A stretch of DNA of 64,000 nucleotides, taken from contig CBDFIS010000006.1 of NCBI GenBank assembly GCA_965248205.1, positions 3,202,492-3,266,491 on the forward strand. Direction: 5' to 3'. Under the pieces are notes generated by a model. It was not told where the DNA came from and searched no databases. It worked only from the letters and a program-made list of their open reading frames with translations. A program made the translations under genes and the position numbers. The first letter of the stretch is position 1; each line of letters starts with the position of its first letter. Of the stretch, positions 41,656 through 51,074 are shown in pieces. Source of the DNA: Bryobacterales bacterium (GTDB lineage Bacteria > Acidobacteriota > Terriglobia > Bryobacterales > UBA6623).

Positions 41656-41890
41656 CTCGAAAAGCACCCCGGCAAGACACTCATTGGCAGGATTGAAAAG
41701 GGCTTTGACTTCTTGGGCTACCACTTCAGCCCGCGGGGGGGCTGACGCCCGGCCCGGCAGACGATGGTAAACTTTCTAGAGCGTGCTATCCGGCTTTATG
41801 AGCAAGAGCCGGGCGAGAACTTGGTAACCGCCCGGCTTGGAGCGTACGTTCGGCGGTGGGAGGGTTGGGCGCGTGCGGGCCTAGCTGGCC
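41656..41890 (+). pseudogene. C-terminal fragment of a group II intron-like reverse transcriptase
   Basis: LEKHPGKTLIGRIEKGFDFLGYHF (RT domain 7), in-frame TGA at 41743, then MVNFLERAIRLYEQ..RLGAYVRRW.GW. Confidence 0.8.
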
Positions 41891-41934
41891 GATGGTATCG
41901 TATGTGCCTGTACGATCGCTTCGCCGGTGGGCAC

Positions 41935-42354
41935 CTACGGCAACGCGTCCCTGCATTCGGAACGTATTAAGCTCGCCCAGGCCGCCTGCTCCTTCCGTGA
42001 CAGGTTATTGATTACTGCATTCCCGCAGCCTGAAGCCGCGCCTGATGTGAGGATTACACATTTTAAATTCAGACTTTGGGGTTGGGATTTGGACTCCTGA
42101 AAATCGGCTTGGAGTGTTAGGGTTGCGGCTGGGCCAGTTTTTTGAATCGTGCATTCAAACTGGTTCGCCGGAACGAATCTGGTGACCGAAACCGCCGTTA
42201 CGGGCCCTAATGCATCGAAACACGTCCTCTTAGCAGCCAATTCCTCCACGCACTCACATAGGGTACCGGCGTAAATGGGCCCTTGGGCTACAGTCAAGCC
42301 CAGGACACCGGCCATGATCAATAAGAACCTGGTGGCATACGTTCGTGGGTTCAT
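41935..42354 (-). CDS. Small secreted Cys-rich hypothetical protein
   Basis: 139 aa with signal-like N-terminus and 7 Cys; AT-richer codon usage. Confidence 0.6.
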   Translation of the reverse strand: MNPRTYATRFLLIMAGVLGLTVAQGPIYAGTLCECVEELAAKRTCFDALGPVTAVSVTRFVPANQFECTIQKTGPAATLTLQADFQESKSQPQSLNLKCVILTSGAASGCGNAVINNLSRKEQAAWASLIRSECRDALP

Positions 42355-42642
42355 CAGTACATTCGCATTTCGTAAGATTCGTACCGCGTCTAAGTGCTAG
42401 AATGCACTGCGCTTGGCTCGCTCCACTGCAACGCTGCGTCACTCCACTGCAACGGTGCGCCAGTATTACTGCAACGGTGCGCCCGCAGCACTAGCTGTTC
42501 GAGATGTAGGGGCGCGATTGATCGCGCCCGCTTGCCTCACAAACTGTAAGCCGGACGATGTACACAAACTGTTTGCCGCGAGCCATGGCCGGCGGGCCGT
42601 CGGCCCCAATCGCTGCCCCAGCTGGTGAGGAAAGCGAGCTAG

Positions 42643-42832
42643 CCCGCATTTCTCACGACAAAATTGTAGGGGCGGGCCGCTGCGCCCGCCCAGAGAAAGG
42701 TTCTCACGGGGTTGGGTTGGGTGATCACATGGGACGGAGTGTGCATCTCACGAATGGGCGGACACGGCGGTCCGCCCCTACGAACAAAGCCTGTTCAACG
42801 CCGGTCGTCCGAACGCTCGTGAGAAAAGCGAG
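42643..42832. repeat. MITE/REPIN with CTAG flanks and two inverted GTAG REPs
   Basis: CTAG-CCCGCATTTCTCACGA...TCGTGAGAAAAGCGAG-CTAG; internal GTAGGGGCGGGC..GCCCGCCC and GGGCGGAC..GTCCGCCCCTAC. Confidence 0.75.
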
Positions 42833-42899
42833 CTAGCAGCGCAGGCCAAGGCCCAAGATGTTCGAGCACTGCACGTGGGCTTCGATCCCTCGCTTGCTC

Positions 42900-43215
42900 T
42901 CAGCGGGCCCTGGTCTCTTCCACGAGATCCGACAAATCCATGCGATAGACGGCCGGCTTACCTTCTCTGTCGGTGACGAAGTATACCCACCGGCTGTCGG
43001 GGGAAAACACCGGTTCGGGCCAAGCGGCGAAAGGGTCGAGACGTCGCCTGCCGGCGATCGGATAGGGTTTCGCGGTACTAAGGTGTACGGGCGATCGTGA
43101 CTTCCCGCTTGAGCAGCGGAAAAAGCAAATAAATATTCCGCCCGGCAGCTCGGCGACTCGCGCCCACGAAGACAGAGCCGTCCGCGTTGGGCGACATCCA
43201 GGCGAACTGGGTGGA
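42900..43215 (-). pseudogene. 3' remnant of an oligogalacturonate lyase-like beta-propeller gene (frameshifted)
   Basis: STQFAWMSPNADGSVFVGAS..NIYLL..KREVTIA, frameshift, then PEPVFSPDSRWVYFVTDREGKPAVYRMDLSDLVE. Confidence 0.7.
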
Positions 43216-43319
43216 ACCTGAAAGCGTAAATCCGATCCATCCGACACCGCTCAGCAAGTTGGTTTCCCCGCACGGTCGCGACCGACACCCGGCAGGACCG
43301 GCACTCCTGCCGGTCAAAG
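43212..43319. repeat. ~107-bp REP-bearing repeat, copy 2
   Basis: Diverged direct repeat of 41244-41350; lies at the truncation point of the lyase remnant. Confidence 0.8.
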
Positions 43320-43348
43320 CTGCCTACTTTTCCCGGCTGCGCGATGAC

Positions 43349-44236
43349 TCACCGACGGCGCTCTCGAAATAGCAGATATTCCCGTAGGGCCAAGTCCAAT
43401 GGCTTCGAGGTATCCATCAGCCGATAGTCGGCTCCCAGGCTTCGTGTCTCCGTGCTCATTCTTTGGGTGTGAGCTTTCATACGACGCCGGTATTCACTAG
43501 CGTATTCCTGGGCGACTTCCATCCGTTCGCCGGTTTCCATGTCCTCGAGCAACGCGGCCTGCTCCAGTTGCGGCTCGATTTCCGCCGGGTCGAGAACTTG
43601 GAAGAACGCCAGGTCCTGGCCTTGGTGGACAAGGGGACGGACGCCGCGAACGATCGTTTCCGGATCGGCGTAGAAGTCCGAGATCACCGCGACGAGTCCT
43701 CGCCGGCTCAAGAATTGCCGAAAGTGCTCGAACGCCAGCTGAAGGTTCGTACCGGTAGAGGGCTCAGCGTGCTCGAGAGCGTGAAGCAAAGCCTGCAAGT
43801 GGCCGGGTCGGGTCGAAGGCCTTCGGAAGTCGCGTATCTTCTCGTCGAAGACGATCAGGCCTACGGCATCGTTCTGGCCCAGCGAAAGATAGGCCAGTGA
43901 AGCGGCTAGAAAGCGAGCGTATTCGATCTTGCTAACGCCAGTTGATCGATATCCCATGGAAGCGCTGGCGTCGAACACGATCATCAATTGTGTATTGGTC
44001 TCGCCCAGATAGCGCTTGACGTACGTGCGGTCCGTGCGAGAAAACACATTCCAGTCAATGAAGCGCGGATCGTCGCCCGGAACGTAGGGACGGTATTCAG
44101 CGAATTCGAGGCTAAAGCCGAAGAACGGGGAACGGTGCAGCCCGGTCAGAAATCCATCCACCACCGTTTTCGCGACCAGTTCAATATTCGCGAGCCGCGA
44201 GAGAACCGTCGGGTCGAGCAATTGCTGAAGGGCCAT
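43349..44236 (-). CDS. DUF58 (VWA-like) MoxR partner protein
   Basis: GLHRSPFFGFSLEFAEYRPYVPGDDPRFIDWN, DASASM and ISDF. Confidence 0.93.
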   Translation of the reverse strand: MALQQLLDPTVLSRLANIELVAKTVVDGFLTGLHRSPFFGFSLEFAEYRPYVPGDDPRFIDWNVFSRTDRTYVKRYLGETNTQLMIVFDASASMGYRSTGVSKIEYARFLAASLAYLSLGQNDAVGLIVFDEKIRDFRRPSTRPGHLQALLHALEHAEPSTGTNLQLAFEHFRQFLSRRGLVAVISDFYADPETIVRGVRPLVHQGQDLAFFQVLDPAEIEPQLEQAALLEDMETGERMEVAQEYASEYRRRMKAHTQRMSTETRSLGADYRLMDTSKPLDLALREYLLFRERRR

Positions 44237-44296
44237 GAGTGAAAAGTTGCACGGAACGGGAAAACAACGGCGCTTTCGGGGATCGCAGCGCCCCGG

Positions 44297-45322
44297 CTAA
44301 TCCCCAGGGGTAGGGACATCCTTCAACATCTGCTTCAAGATGTCGTCCACGTCCACCCCGTCCGATTCGGCATGAAAATTCGTCAGCACCCGGTGCCGCA
44401 TCACCGGCAAAGTCAGCGCTTGGATGTCGCCATAGGTCACGTGGTAGCGGCCTTCCATCAAGGCTCGCGCTTTGGCCGCCATGACTAGGAACTGGGTGGC
44501 GCGCACGCTGCAGCCGTAGTTCACGTATTTCCTAACGATCTCAGGGGCGGCGGGATCTTTCGGGCGCGTCGCGCGCACTAGGTCGACCGCATAGCGGGCG
44601 GTATTGTCAGAGACGGGAACCTGTCGCACGAGCCGCTGATACTGGAGGATCTCTTCGGCCGAGGTACAGACGTCGACATCCGGTAGCGGTCGGGTCGTGT
44701 TGCGGCTGACGACGTCGATTTCTTGATCCGTGTCCAGGTAATCGAGAATAACTTTGAAAAGGAAGCGGTCCAACTGTGCTTCCGGCAAGGTGTAGGTGCC
44801 TTCCAACTCGATCGGGTTCTGAGTTGCCAACACAAAGAAGGGCGGTTCCAACTGGTAGGTGACGCCACGAACGGTCACGCTCAGCTCTTGCATGGCTTCC
44901 AGCAGAGCGGCTTGGGTCTTCGGAGGCGTGCGGTTCACTTCGTCCGCCAACAAAACGTTGGTAAAGATGGGACCCTCGACGAAGGTCCATTTGCGGTGTC
45001 CTGTAGTGACGTCTTCTTCGATGATGTCGGTGCCGGTGATGTCGGTGGGCATCAAGTCCGGCGTAAACTGGATTCGCTTGAACTTGAGCCCGAGACTGGT
45101 GGCGAGCGTCCGCACCAACAGCGTCTTAGCCGTTCCAGGCATGCCGGTGATCAGGCAATGGCCTCCGACCAGCAGCGTCACCAGCAGGTGCTCGACCACG
45201 TCGTCTTGCCCGACGATGATCCTTGCCACCTGCTCCCGGATGCGGGACTGAGTCTCACGGAACGAGCCCACCAGCTCGCGATAGTCTGAAGTTTCAAGGT
45301 TTGTAATTGTGGGCAAACTCAT
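44297..45322 (-). CDS. MoxR family AAA+ ATPase
   Basis: GMPGTAKT, RIQFTPDLMPTDITG, LLADEVNRTPPKTQAALLEAMQE, ATQNPIELEGTYTLPEAQLDRF. Confidence 0.96.
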   Translation of the reverse strand: MSLPTITNLETSDYRELVGSFRETQSRIREQVARIIVGQDDVVEHLLVTLLVGGHCLITGMPGTAKTLLVRTLATSLGLKFKRIQFTPDLMPTDITGTDIIEEDVTTGHRKWTFVEGPIFTNVLLADEVNRTPPKTQAALLEAMQELSVTVRGVTYQLEPPFFVLATQNPIELEGTYTLPEAQLDRFLFKVILDYLDTDQEIDVVSRNTTRPLPDVDVCTSAEEILQYQRLVRQVPVSDNTARYAVDLVRATRPKDPAAPEIVRKYVNYGCSVRATQFLVMAAKARALMEGRYHVTYGDIQALTLPVMRHRVLTNFHAESDGVDVDDILKQMLKDVPTPGD

Positions 45323-45348
45323 AGTTAGTTAGTTGGTGTAGGAGTGCG

Positions 45349-47724
45349 TCAGCGGATGATCTCGAGTAGCAGTTTCTGGGCGGGCCGGTAACTGGGGGCG
45401 GCTTCCAGAGCCATGAGGACTTGTTCCCGAGTCCTTGCGGGGTCCTCCATCTTATGATACGTGCGAGCCAGGTTGAAGTGTGCGCCCGCCAGATCAACAG
45501 GCGTCAGCGCCAATTGCGTTTTGAACTCACGAAGCGCCTCGTCCAGGCGGCCGGCTTCCAGCAACCACTCTCCCAGAGGTCCATGCAGCTCTTCGTCCCC
45601 GGGAGCAATGTAGAGCAAGCCTTCGAGCGCTTCAACCGCTTCGGCTCGGCGCCCCAATTCATCCAGTAATTTGGCTAGCTTTTTAATCGTCGTGGGGCTG
45701 CGCCCGCCCCGCTGTTGGTAGCTCCGGAGTTGGTCGGCCGCGGCCTCTTTGTCGTCGTCGGCCAGGTAGGCCTCCGCCAAAAGCGTGTACGAGTTGCCGG
45801 ACTCAACATATTCCGGGTAGATTGCCTGCGCCTCCGTGGCAGGTGCGATCACCTCCGGCCAGTTCTTCTCCCGTGCGGCAGCGATCGCTTGCTTCGTTAG
45901 CTTCCGCCACTCTGGGAATTGTTTGACCAGTTCGCCGGTGCGCTCCTCCACGAATTCGCCGAAGAGGTCGTCGAACTCGGTGCTCGAAATGTCCAGCACG
46001 GCCCGGATGTTGTCAGTTGTCGATTTCCCTTCGCCAAACCCTGTCAACAAGTCGTGGAGCTTCGAGAAGCCCCACCGCTGGGCAATGAACGTACAAACCA
46101 GACCCGCCTGGTAATAGGAGATCGGAATTTGCTTGGGGTTTTCGGGCCGGATGAATCCACGGTCCAGCTCCGCGATGGGCAAGAACGCATCGTCCTCGAT
46201 GGCCTTGATCACGTCCGGCGAGATGCGATCTCCCCAAGCCGGGTCAGCGACCCACTCCTCGTATACGGAGATTCCCTCGCTGAACCATCTCGGAACAAGG
46301 TGATCCGTCGCCTCCAAGGTGACTACGTGCGCCATCTCGTGCCACAGAGTGGTACCCCAATGGAAGCTTCCGGGACGTCTTCCGGAAGGGCTATCCATAG
46401 CGACGACATAACCGAACGTTACACCGAGCAGACCAACGCCCGGCAACCCCACCGTTCTCACGGCAAAATCTTCGTGGTCGGGATACAGCTCGACTTGCAC
46501 CGGTCGCTGCGGCTTGAAGCGATACTTCGCGGCGAAAGTGCGCAAGCTGCGCTCAGCCAGCTCGAGGACGTAGGGGAGCAACGCGGCGGCTTCCTTCTTA
46601 TGGAGCTTGGCGACAATCCGGGGGCGATCGAGTGATCGCTCGATCTCTTCCGGACTGCCCAAGACGATATCGTCCAGGTTGGAGTACGACCGAAATTCGT
46701 CTAGGCTGTCGAGCAGACGTAATGTGTTAACCGTCTTCGCGCTGAACGGGTCGGCTTGGTACGCGGCTTCTAGGTGGCGCCGGGCCACCTCGATCTCACC
46801 CGCGCGCATCAGGTTGATGGCAAGGTCGGCGTGCGCCGACCACAGTCGCGGATCGATTTCGATCGCCTTCTCGTAGAGCGAAGTGGCTTGGCGGTAACGT
46901 CTGTTGATGACGAAGAAATGAGCGGCGTCCGAATAGATTTGGCCGTATGTGGGGTTGTAAGCCAAAGCGCGCTGAACCCATTCACTGTCGCTCTCCCCTC
47001 GCAGCATGTCGATCGAGGCCTTGAGCGAGTAGATATCGAGCGGCGATTGACTCGCCTCTTCGGCTTTATCGAGAGCCTTGTCGAGATTCTCCTCCGCTTC
47101 CGCAAGCTTCCCCTCCTCCATCGCCATCCTGGCGAGCAGCAGGTAGGCTTCGACGAGGTCTGGATCGGCATCGAGGACTTCCTTGGCCATCTTCTCTGCC
47201 GCTCCCTCAAAGCGATTAGACAAAACCAGCGCCTTAGCCAACTTGGCGGCCGCGTGGGTCTCGTCGATCTTGAGAGCTTCGTCAAAAAGCTTCGCCGCTT
47301 CCGAGGGGTTGTGCGTGGCGAGGAACAAATAGCCCCACCTAACCCGGGCGTCCGGGTCTTCGGGCCGGGCTTTGACCAACGCCCGAAAGTGATCGTTGGC
47401 CGACTTAAAGCTCCTCACAGCCCAGTAGACTTCCGCCTGCGTGGCCGGATCTGAACTGGAATTCAGCAGCTCGAAGTAACAGCGGCGTGCCTGGCTCCGC
47501 TGTCCGCGGTCCATGAGCTCATCGCAAGGTCTAAGCTCGGCGTTGCGTCTGCCATGCCCCGGCCCTCGCTGGGAGAAAGCCAATGCGGGCGCGATGAGCG
47601 ACACCACAATCATTGAAGCCGCCAACGTGATAGCCTTCCCGGCACGACGAGGTGCCGCCTGCTCGTTCCGCCGGCGGCTGCTTCCTTTATGTTGTGGACT
47701 AGCGGTTCTCAATAGCTTCCTCAA
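45349..47724 (-). CDS. TPR protein with peptidase MA-like zincin domain
   Basis: Multiple TPRs flanking LWHEMAH (HExxH) and RWFSEGISVYEE. Confidence 0.85.
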   Translation of the reverse strand: MRKLLRTASPQHKGSSRRRNEQAAPRRAGKAITLAASMIVVSLIAPALAFSQRGPGHGRRNAELRPCDELMDRGQRSQARRCYFELLNSSSDPATQAEVYWAVRSFKSANDHFRALVKARPEDPDARVRWGYLFLATHNPSEAAKLFDEALKIDETHAAAKLAKALVLSNRFEGAAEKMAKEVLDADPDLVEAYLLLARMAMEEGKLAEAEENLDKALDKAEEASQSPLDIYSLKASIDMLRGESDSEWVQRALAYNPTYGQIYSDAAHFFVINRRYRQATSLYEKAIEIDPRLWSAHADLAINLMRAGEIEVARRHLEAAYQADPFSAKTVNTLRLLDSLDEFRSYSNLDDIVLGSPEEIERSLDRPRIVAKLHKKEAAALLPYVLELAERSLRTFAAKYRFKPQRPVQVELYPDHEDFAVRTVGLPGVGLLGVTFGYVVAMDSPSGRRPGSFHWGTTLWHEMAHVVTLEATDHLVPRWFSEGISVYEEWVADPAWGDRISPDVIKAIEDDAFLPIAELDRGFIRPENPKQIPISYYQAGLVCTFIAQRWGFSKLHDLLTGFGEGKSTTDNIRAVLDISSTEFDDLFGEFVEERTGELVKQFPEWRKLTKQAIAAAREKNWPEVIAPATEAQAIYPEYVESGNSYTLLAEAYLADDDKEAAADQLRSYQQRGGRSPTTIKKLAKLLDELGRRAEAVEALEGLLYIAPGDEELHGPLGEWLLEAGRLDEALREFKTQLALTPVDLAGAHFNLARTYHKMEDPARTREQVLMALEAAPSYRPAQKLLLEIIR

Positions 47725-48613
47725 TGGCGTTTTGCGTTTGCGCCAATCCGACGAACAGCTTTTCTAGAGTGCCGTAGTACTCCTCCTCCGGCATGCTGTC
47801 CTTATTCGCTTTTATTTCGCTGATTCTCCGCTCGATCTTCTCGCGGGCGGCAAACAAGGTACGCAGTGCCGGATCGTCAGCCGCCTGCCGCGCTTTTCCT
47901 AGCCTGGCTACGGTGAAGCTCCCCGCCGCATCGCCTTGCAGCCGTGGGTGTTCGGTGGCGAGCTGTTTGCTCTTCTTGTAGTAGTCCTTCACTTTTCGCT
48001 GCGTGTACTGGAAAGCTTCCAACGCCGTAATCACTTCGTTCTTGTCACTGTCGGCCGCCGGGTCGCCGAGAGCCTCGACCCAGAATCCCGCGAATACCGT
48101 CGAGTTTCGCTCCCGGCCACTTTTCGTTGCCGAAATGACGACGCGACCCTCGCCTTTGAGTGTTTCCAAGGCTCCCCCCGCCGCGCTCGTCGTGATAACG
48201 ACCAATTGGCGTTGAGCCGGCGTCGCGTCAAGCAACCGGCGCAGCTCGCTCGCGCTCAAGTCCGGCCCGGGAAGGTTGAACTTGTAGTCCCGTCCATCGT
48301 AGCTCCCGTGCCCTATGAGAAAGACCGCCAGGGAGTCGCTGGACCCGGATTCCCCGCTCAGTTTGTCGAACACGTCACTGACCGCCTGGCGAGTCGCACT
48401 CCGACCGAAAATCGCGTGGACAAGCGACGCGTCACCAGCAGTTGACTGACAGAGTTCCTCCAACTCGCGGACGTACCCGGCAAAACTCTCTTCGTACCCG
48501 GCCTCGCCTCCCAAGCCCCCGACAACCAAAAAATGCGTACCCCCGGTGTCAGTCTTGGGGAAGGCCGTTGCCAGACAGGCCAAGCAGGCCAGCACGACCC
48601 CTACCTTTCTCAT
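47699..48613 (-). CDS. Exported hypothetical protein, possible caspase/C13-like fold
   Basis: ATG 48613 overlaps the upstream stop (ATGA); signal peptide; FLVVGGLGGE, VFLIGHGS and VVITTSAAG motifs. Confidence 0.7.
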   Translation of the reverse strand: MRKVGVVLACLACLATAFPKTDTGGTHFLVVGGLGGEAGYEESFAGYVRELEELCQSTAGDASLVHAIFGRSATRQAVSDVFDKLSGESGSSDSLAVFLIGHGSYDGRDYKFNLPGPDLSASELRRLLDATPAQRQLVVITTSAAGGALETLKGEGRVVISATKSGRERNSTVFAGFWVEALGDPAADSDKNEVITALEAFQYTQRKVKDYYKKSKQLATEHPRLQGDAAGSFTVARLGKARQAADDPALRTLFAAREKIERRISEIKANKDSMPEEEYYGTLEKLFVGLAQTQNAIEEAIENR

Positions 48614-50859
48614 ACGAAGCCCCACCTTCGTCTTAGGAGCCACTCGGCCGCTCGCAGCGACAGCAGTATGATGAACAACACCGGCATATCCCACAAATCC
48701 ATTATCTCGCGAGAGGTGATGCCCGCCCGCGAGAAACGAATTTCATCCGGGAGGCCCGAGACCTGATCGAGTGTCCAGTAGCGCCCGCCCGTTTGTTCGG
48801 CCAGCTTTTCGAGGAGTTCGCGGTTCTGTTCGGGACGGAAGTTCTCCGCGACACCGTCTTCGCGGCGAAAATGCCGCGTGTCGGAACCGAGAGTCGTGTC
48901 GCCGAGGTGTGCGGCGGCCTCCACTCTGTACGATCCCGGTGAGGCCACAGTCAAATCTGCCTCGTAGATGCCCTCCTCGTCCGGGGAGGGATGCAGCTCC
49001 AGACTCAACGGGTCACCCAACTCGGGTGTCAGCGTGGCGGTAACGGTCGCGCTGTTCGTCGGTTGATGCGCTTTGGTCCGGACTTCAGCCCGTAGTTTCA
49101 CCTGAGCGTTATCGGCGTAAAGCGTCCGGTCTGTTGTCAGCGAGACCGGCCCCGGCGTCCCGGCGACAAGGCTGCGCAGCAGCTGCCGCCAAAAAGTGTG
49201 ATGGCGGGAGTCGTCATGCGGGAGTCTCATCTTCCAAAGCCAAGTTCCTCCCGAAGCTAGAACCATCGACTTGCCCCGCCCGTAGTTTTGAAGCACTAGG
49301 AACGGCATGGATCGTTCCGCCGCCACCAGGTTGAGCAGCGGCACGGCGCCTGGCTTCAAATCTCCCACGCGTTGATAGTCAGCGACCGGAGGAAGATCGC
49401 GCCACAGCCGAAGGTTTTCCGCGGGATCGTCATGTAAGCGGCAGATCAAAGAGTCACGCCCCTGCGTCGTCGGCTCGACTTGGGCCCTCTCGCGAGTGAA
49501 GGTTTCCGTCGACCCTTCGGGCAGCCTGACCGGCAGCACGTCAGCCACCTTCGAAGCACCCCACCCGCCGTCACCGAGCCCTCGCCGTCCGCCGAGCATC
49601 AGTAGCTTGCCGCCACGCCGATTGACGAACTCCTTGATCGCCTCTTGCTGGGCCGGCGTGAAGAAGGCCGCCTCGATACTGCCGATGACGAGCCCGTGAT
49701 AGGAAAACAGGTCTTCCGCTCGAGAGGGGAACCCCTTCGCAAGCTCGTCGTCGGTGTCTACTCCCTGCCGATAGAACTTGTTCGGGGAGGTGCGGAGCAT
49801 CGTTACTAACTGGACGTTGGCGTCATCGCGGATCGCCCGGCGGAGAAACTTGTACTCCCAGCGCGGCTCCCCTTCGACGTAGAGAATCTTGCGACGCGCC
49901 CGCGGCACCTCGATCACGCGGCTCAACGCGTTGTTCCCGGCGAGTGTTTCCCCCGGAAGCGGCTCGAGCTGGAACGTTAAGTTTCGGATCCCGGCTTCGC
50001 CCGCGTCGAAATCGACCGATTCGGTGTGGACGGTTTGCCCTCTTGGAAGCGTGATCTGTTTCGAGGCCAGCACGCGGGAACCGTCGCGAACGCTGAGCCG
50101 GGTTGTTTGATCCCCGTCTCCACTGTGGCGAATCCCCACCTGGGCAGCGAGTCGAGAGTGCGGCAGCGCGCGCGGCGACACGCTGACGTCGGCGAGCTCG
50201 ATGTCGCCGGGAATCTGGGTCCTCCCGATGCCCACCGTGTGGACCGGAACGTTTCGCCTCCGAATCTCGGCCACGGCGCGGCGGTCAAAGTTCCCTGAAT
50301 TGTCTGAGCCGTCGGTGAAGATGATGACGGCTCCCAGGGGTAGGGCCGCGGACTCCCGCAGCACGCTCGCTACGGCTTGGCCGATGCGGCTGCTGTTGCC
50401 CTCCGCGGCGACCGTTTCGACGGATTCCAGTCGCTCCAGCTGCCCCGCGAACCCATAGAGGCGGACCTGGAACTTTTTCTGGATCTCCTCGATCAAGCCC
50501 GAGCCTAGGGCGGCTGTCGCTTTCTCCAACCGGGTCTGTTCCTCCTCGGCCAACCCCATGCTTCGGGATGTGTCGAGCAACACAGCAACTAGGTTCTGAT
50601 CCGCCCGCAGCGATTCAATGCTGCAGGCGGGTTGCCACAGCATGATCAGCACCAGGGCGACTGTGCCGAGCTGCAGCGACCAAAAGGCTACGGGCTGGCG
50701 TCCTTGAAGCCGACCACGGTTGCGGTGCAGATACCAGCCCAAGCCTCCCCCGGCCAGCAGCACAAGTGCTACCAGGAGCCACACCGGCCATCCGCTGGCG
50801 AATACAAACTCGCCCTTCCGGAAAACCGTCGGAGAGTACTTGAAAAGGAATTCGAACAC
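48610..50859 (-). CDS. Membrane-anchored VWA + glutamine-amidotransferase-like domain protein
   Basis: N- and C-terminal TM helices; MIDAS-like LLDTSRSM and IFTDGSDN; ILYVEGEPRWEYKFLRRA GATase1-like domain. Confidence 0.85.
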   Translation of the reverse strand: MFEFLFKYSPTVFRKGEFVFASGWPVWLLVALVLLAGGGLGWYLHRNRGRLQGRQPVAFWSLQLGTVALVLIMLWQPACSIESLRADQNLVAVLLDTSRSMGLAEEEQTRLEKATAALGSGLIEEIQKKFQVRLYGFAGQLERLESVETVAAEGNSSRIGQAVASVLRESAALPLGAVIIFTDGSDNSGNFDRRAVAEIRRRNVPVHTVGIGRTQIPGDIELADVSVSPRALPHSRLAAQVGIRHSGDGDQTTRLSVRDGSRVLASKQITLPRGQTVHTESVDFDAGEAGIRNLTFQLEPLPGETLAGNNALSRVIEVPRARRKILYVEGEPRWEYKFLRRAIRDDANVQLVTMLRTSPNKFYRQGVDTDDELAKGFPSRAEDLFSYHGLVIGSIEAAFFTPAQQEAIKEFVNRRGGKLLMLGGRRGLGDGGWGASKVADVLPVRLPEGSTETFTRERAQVEPTTQGRDSLICRLHDDPAENLRLWRDLPPVADYQRVGDLKPGAVPLLNLVAAERSMPFLVLQNYGRGKSMVLASGGTWLWKMRLPHDDSRHHTFWRQLLRSLVAGTPGPVSLTTDRTLYADNAQVKLRAEVRTKAHQPTNSATVTATLTPELGDPLSLELHPSPDEEGIYEADLTVASPGSYRVEAAAHLGDTTLGSDTRHFRREDGVAENFRPEQNRELLEKLAEQTGGRYWTLDQVSGLPDEIRFSRAGITSREIMDLWDMPVLFIILLSLRAAEWLLRRRWGFV

Positions 50860-50925
50860 AACCAGCTACCTGGGAGCCTAGCAGCGTGTGGCGAAAGCGG
50901 TGCAGGAGCGAAAAATGGGGACTGG

Positions 50926-51074
50926 AGGGTGTGAAATAATCACCGATACCGAAGGCGTGCGCGATCAATCACGCCCCTACACCTGGCCAAGAGTTTTCCT
51001 TTCAGTCAAGTAGGGGCGCAATTCATTGCGCCCAAGTGTTGGATGGTTTGGCTGAGGTGATCTTTTCACACCCT
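50926..51074. repeat. MITE with AGGGTGTGAAA...TTTCACACCCT ends and two outward-facing GTAG REPs, copy 1
   Basis: Internal ATCACGCCCCTAC-ACCTG.CCAA..TTTCAGTCAA-GTAGGGGCGCAATTCATTGCGCCC is shared with 60066-60199. Confidence 0.8.

Larger units (their letters stand above)
41439..42496. mobile_element. Cassette with ~100-bp terminal inverted repeats containing iterated 21-bp units (TG-ended DDE transposon-like ends)
   Basis: Left arm TGTTAGTGCCGCGGGCGCACCGTTGCAGTAATACTGACGCACCGTTGCAGTGGAGC..ATTCTAGCACTTAGACGC; right arm is its reverse complement with one extra unit. Confidence 0.7.
41404..42642. mobile_element. Non-autonomous element bounded by CTAG-flanked inverted repeats
   Basis: CTAGCGCGCTTTTCTCACCA (41404-41423) versus TGGTGAGGAAAGCGAGCTAG (42623-42642), 18/20 inverted match. 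Confidence 0.55.

Noticed and set aside
41656-41970. Intact group II intron, retron or DGR
   Set aside because: Only the RT C-terminal fragment with an internal stop is present; no YADD region, no domain V/VI hairpin and no TR/VR pair were recognised.
41452-42482. 21-bp iterated units as a CRISPR array
   Set aside because: Only 2 and 3 adjacent units with no unique spacers, arranged as inverted arms; no cas genes in the window.
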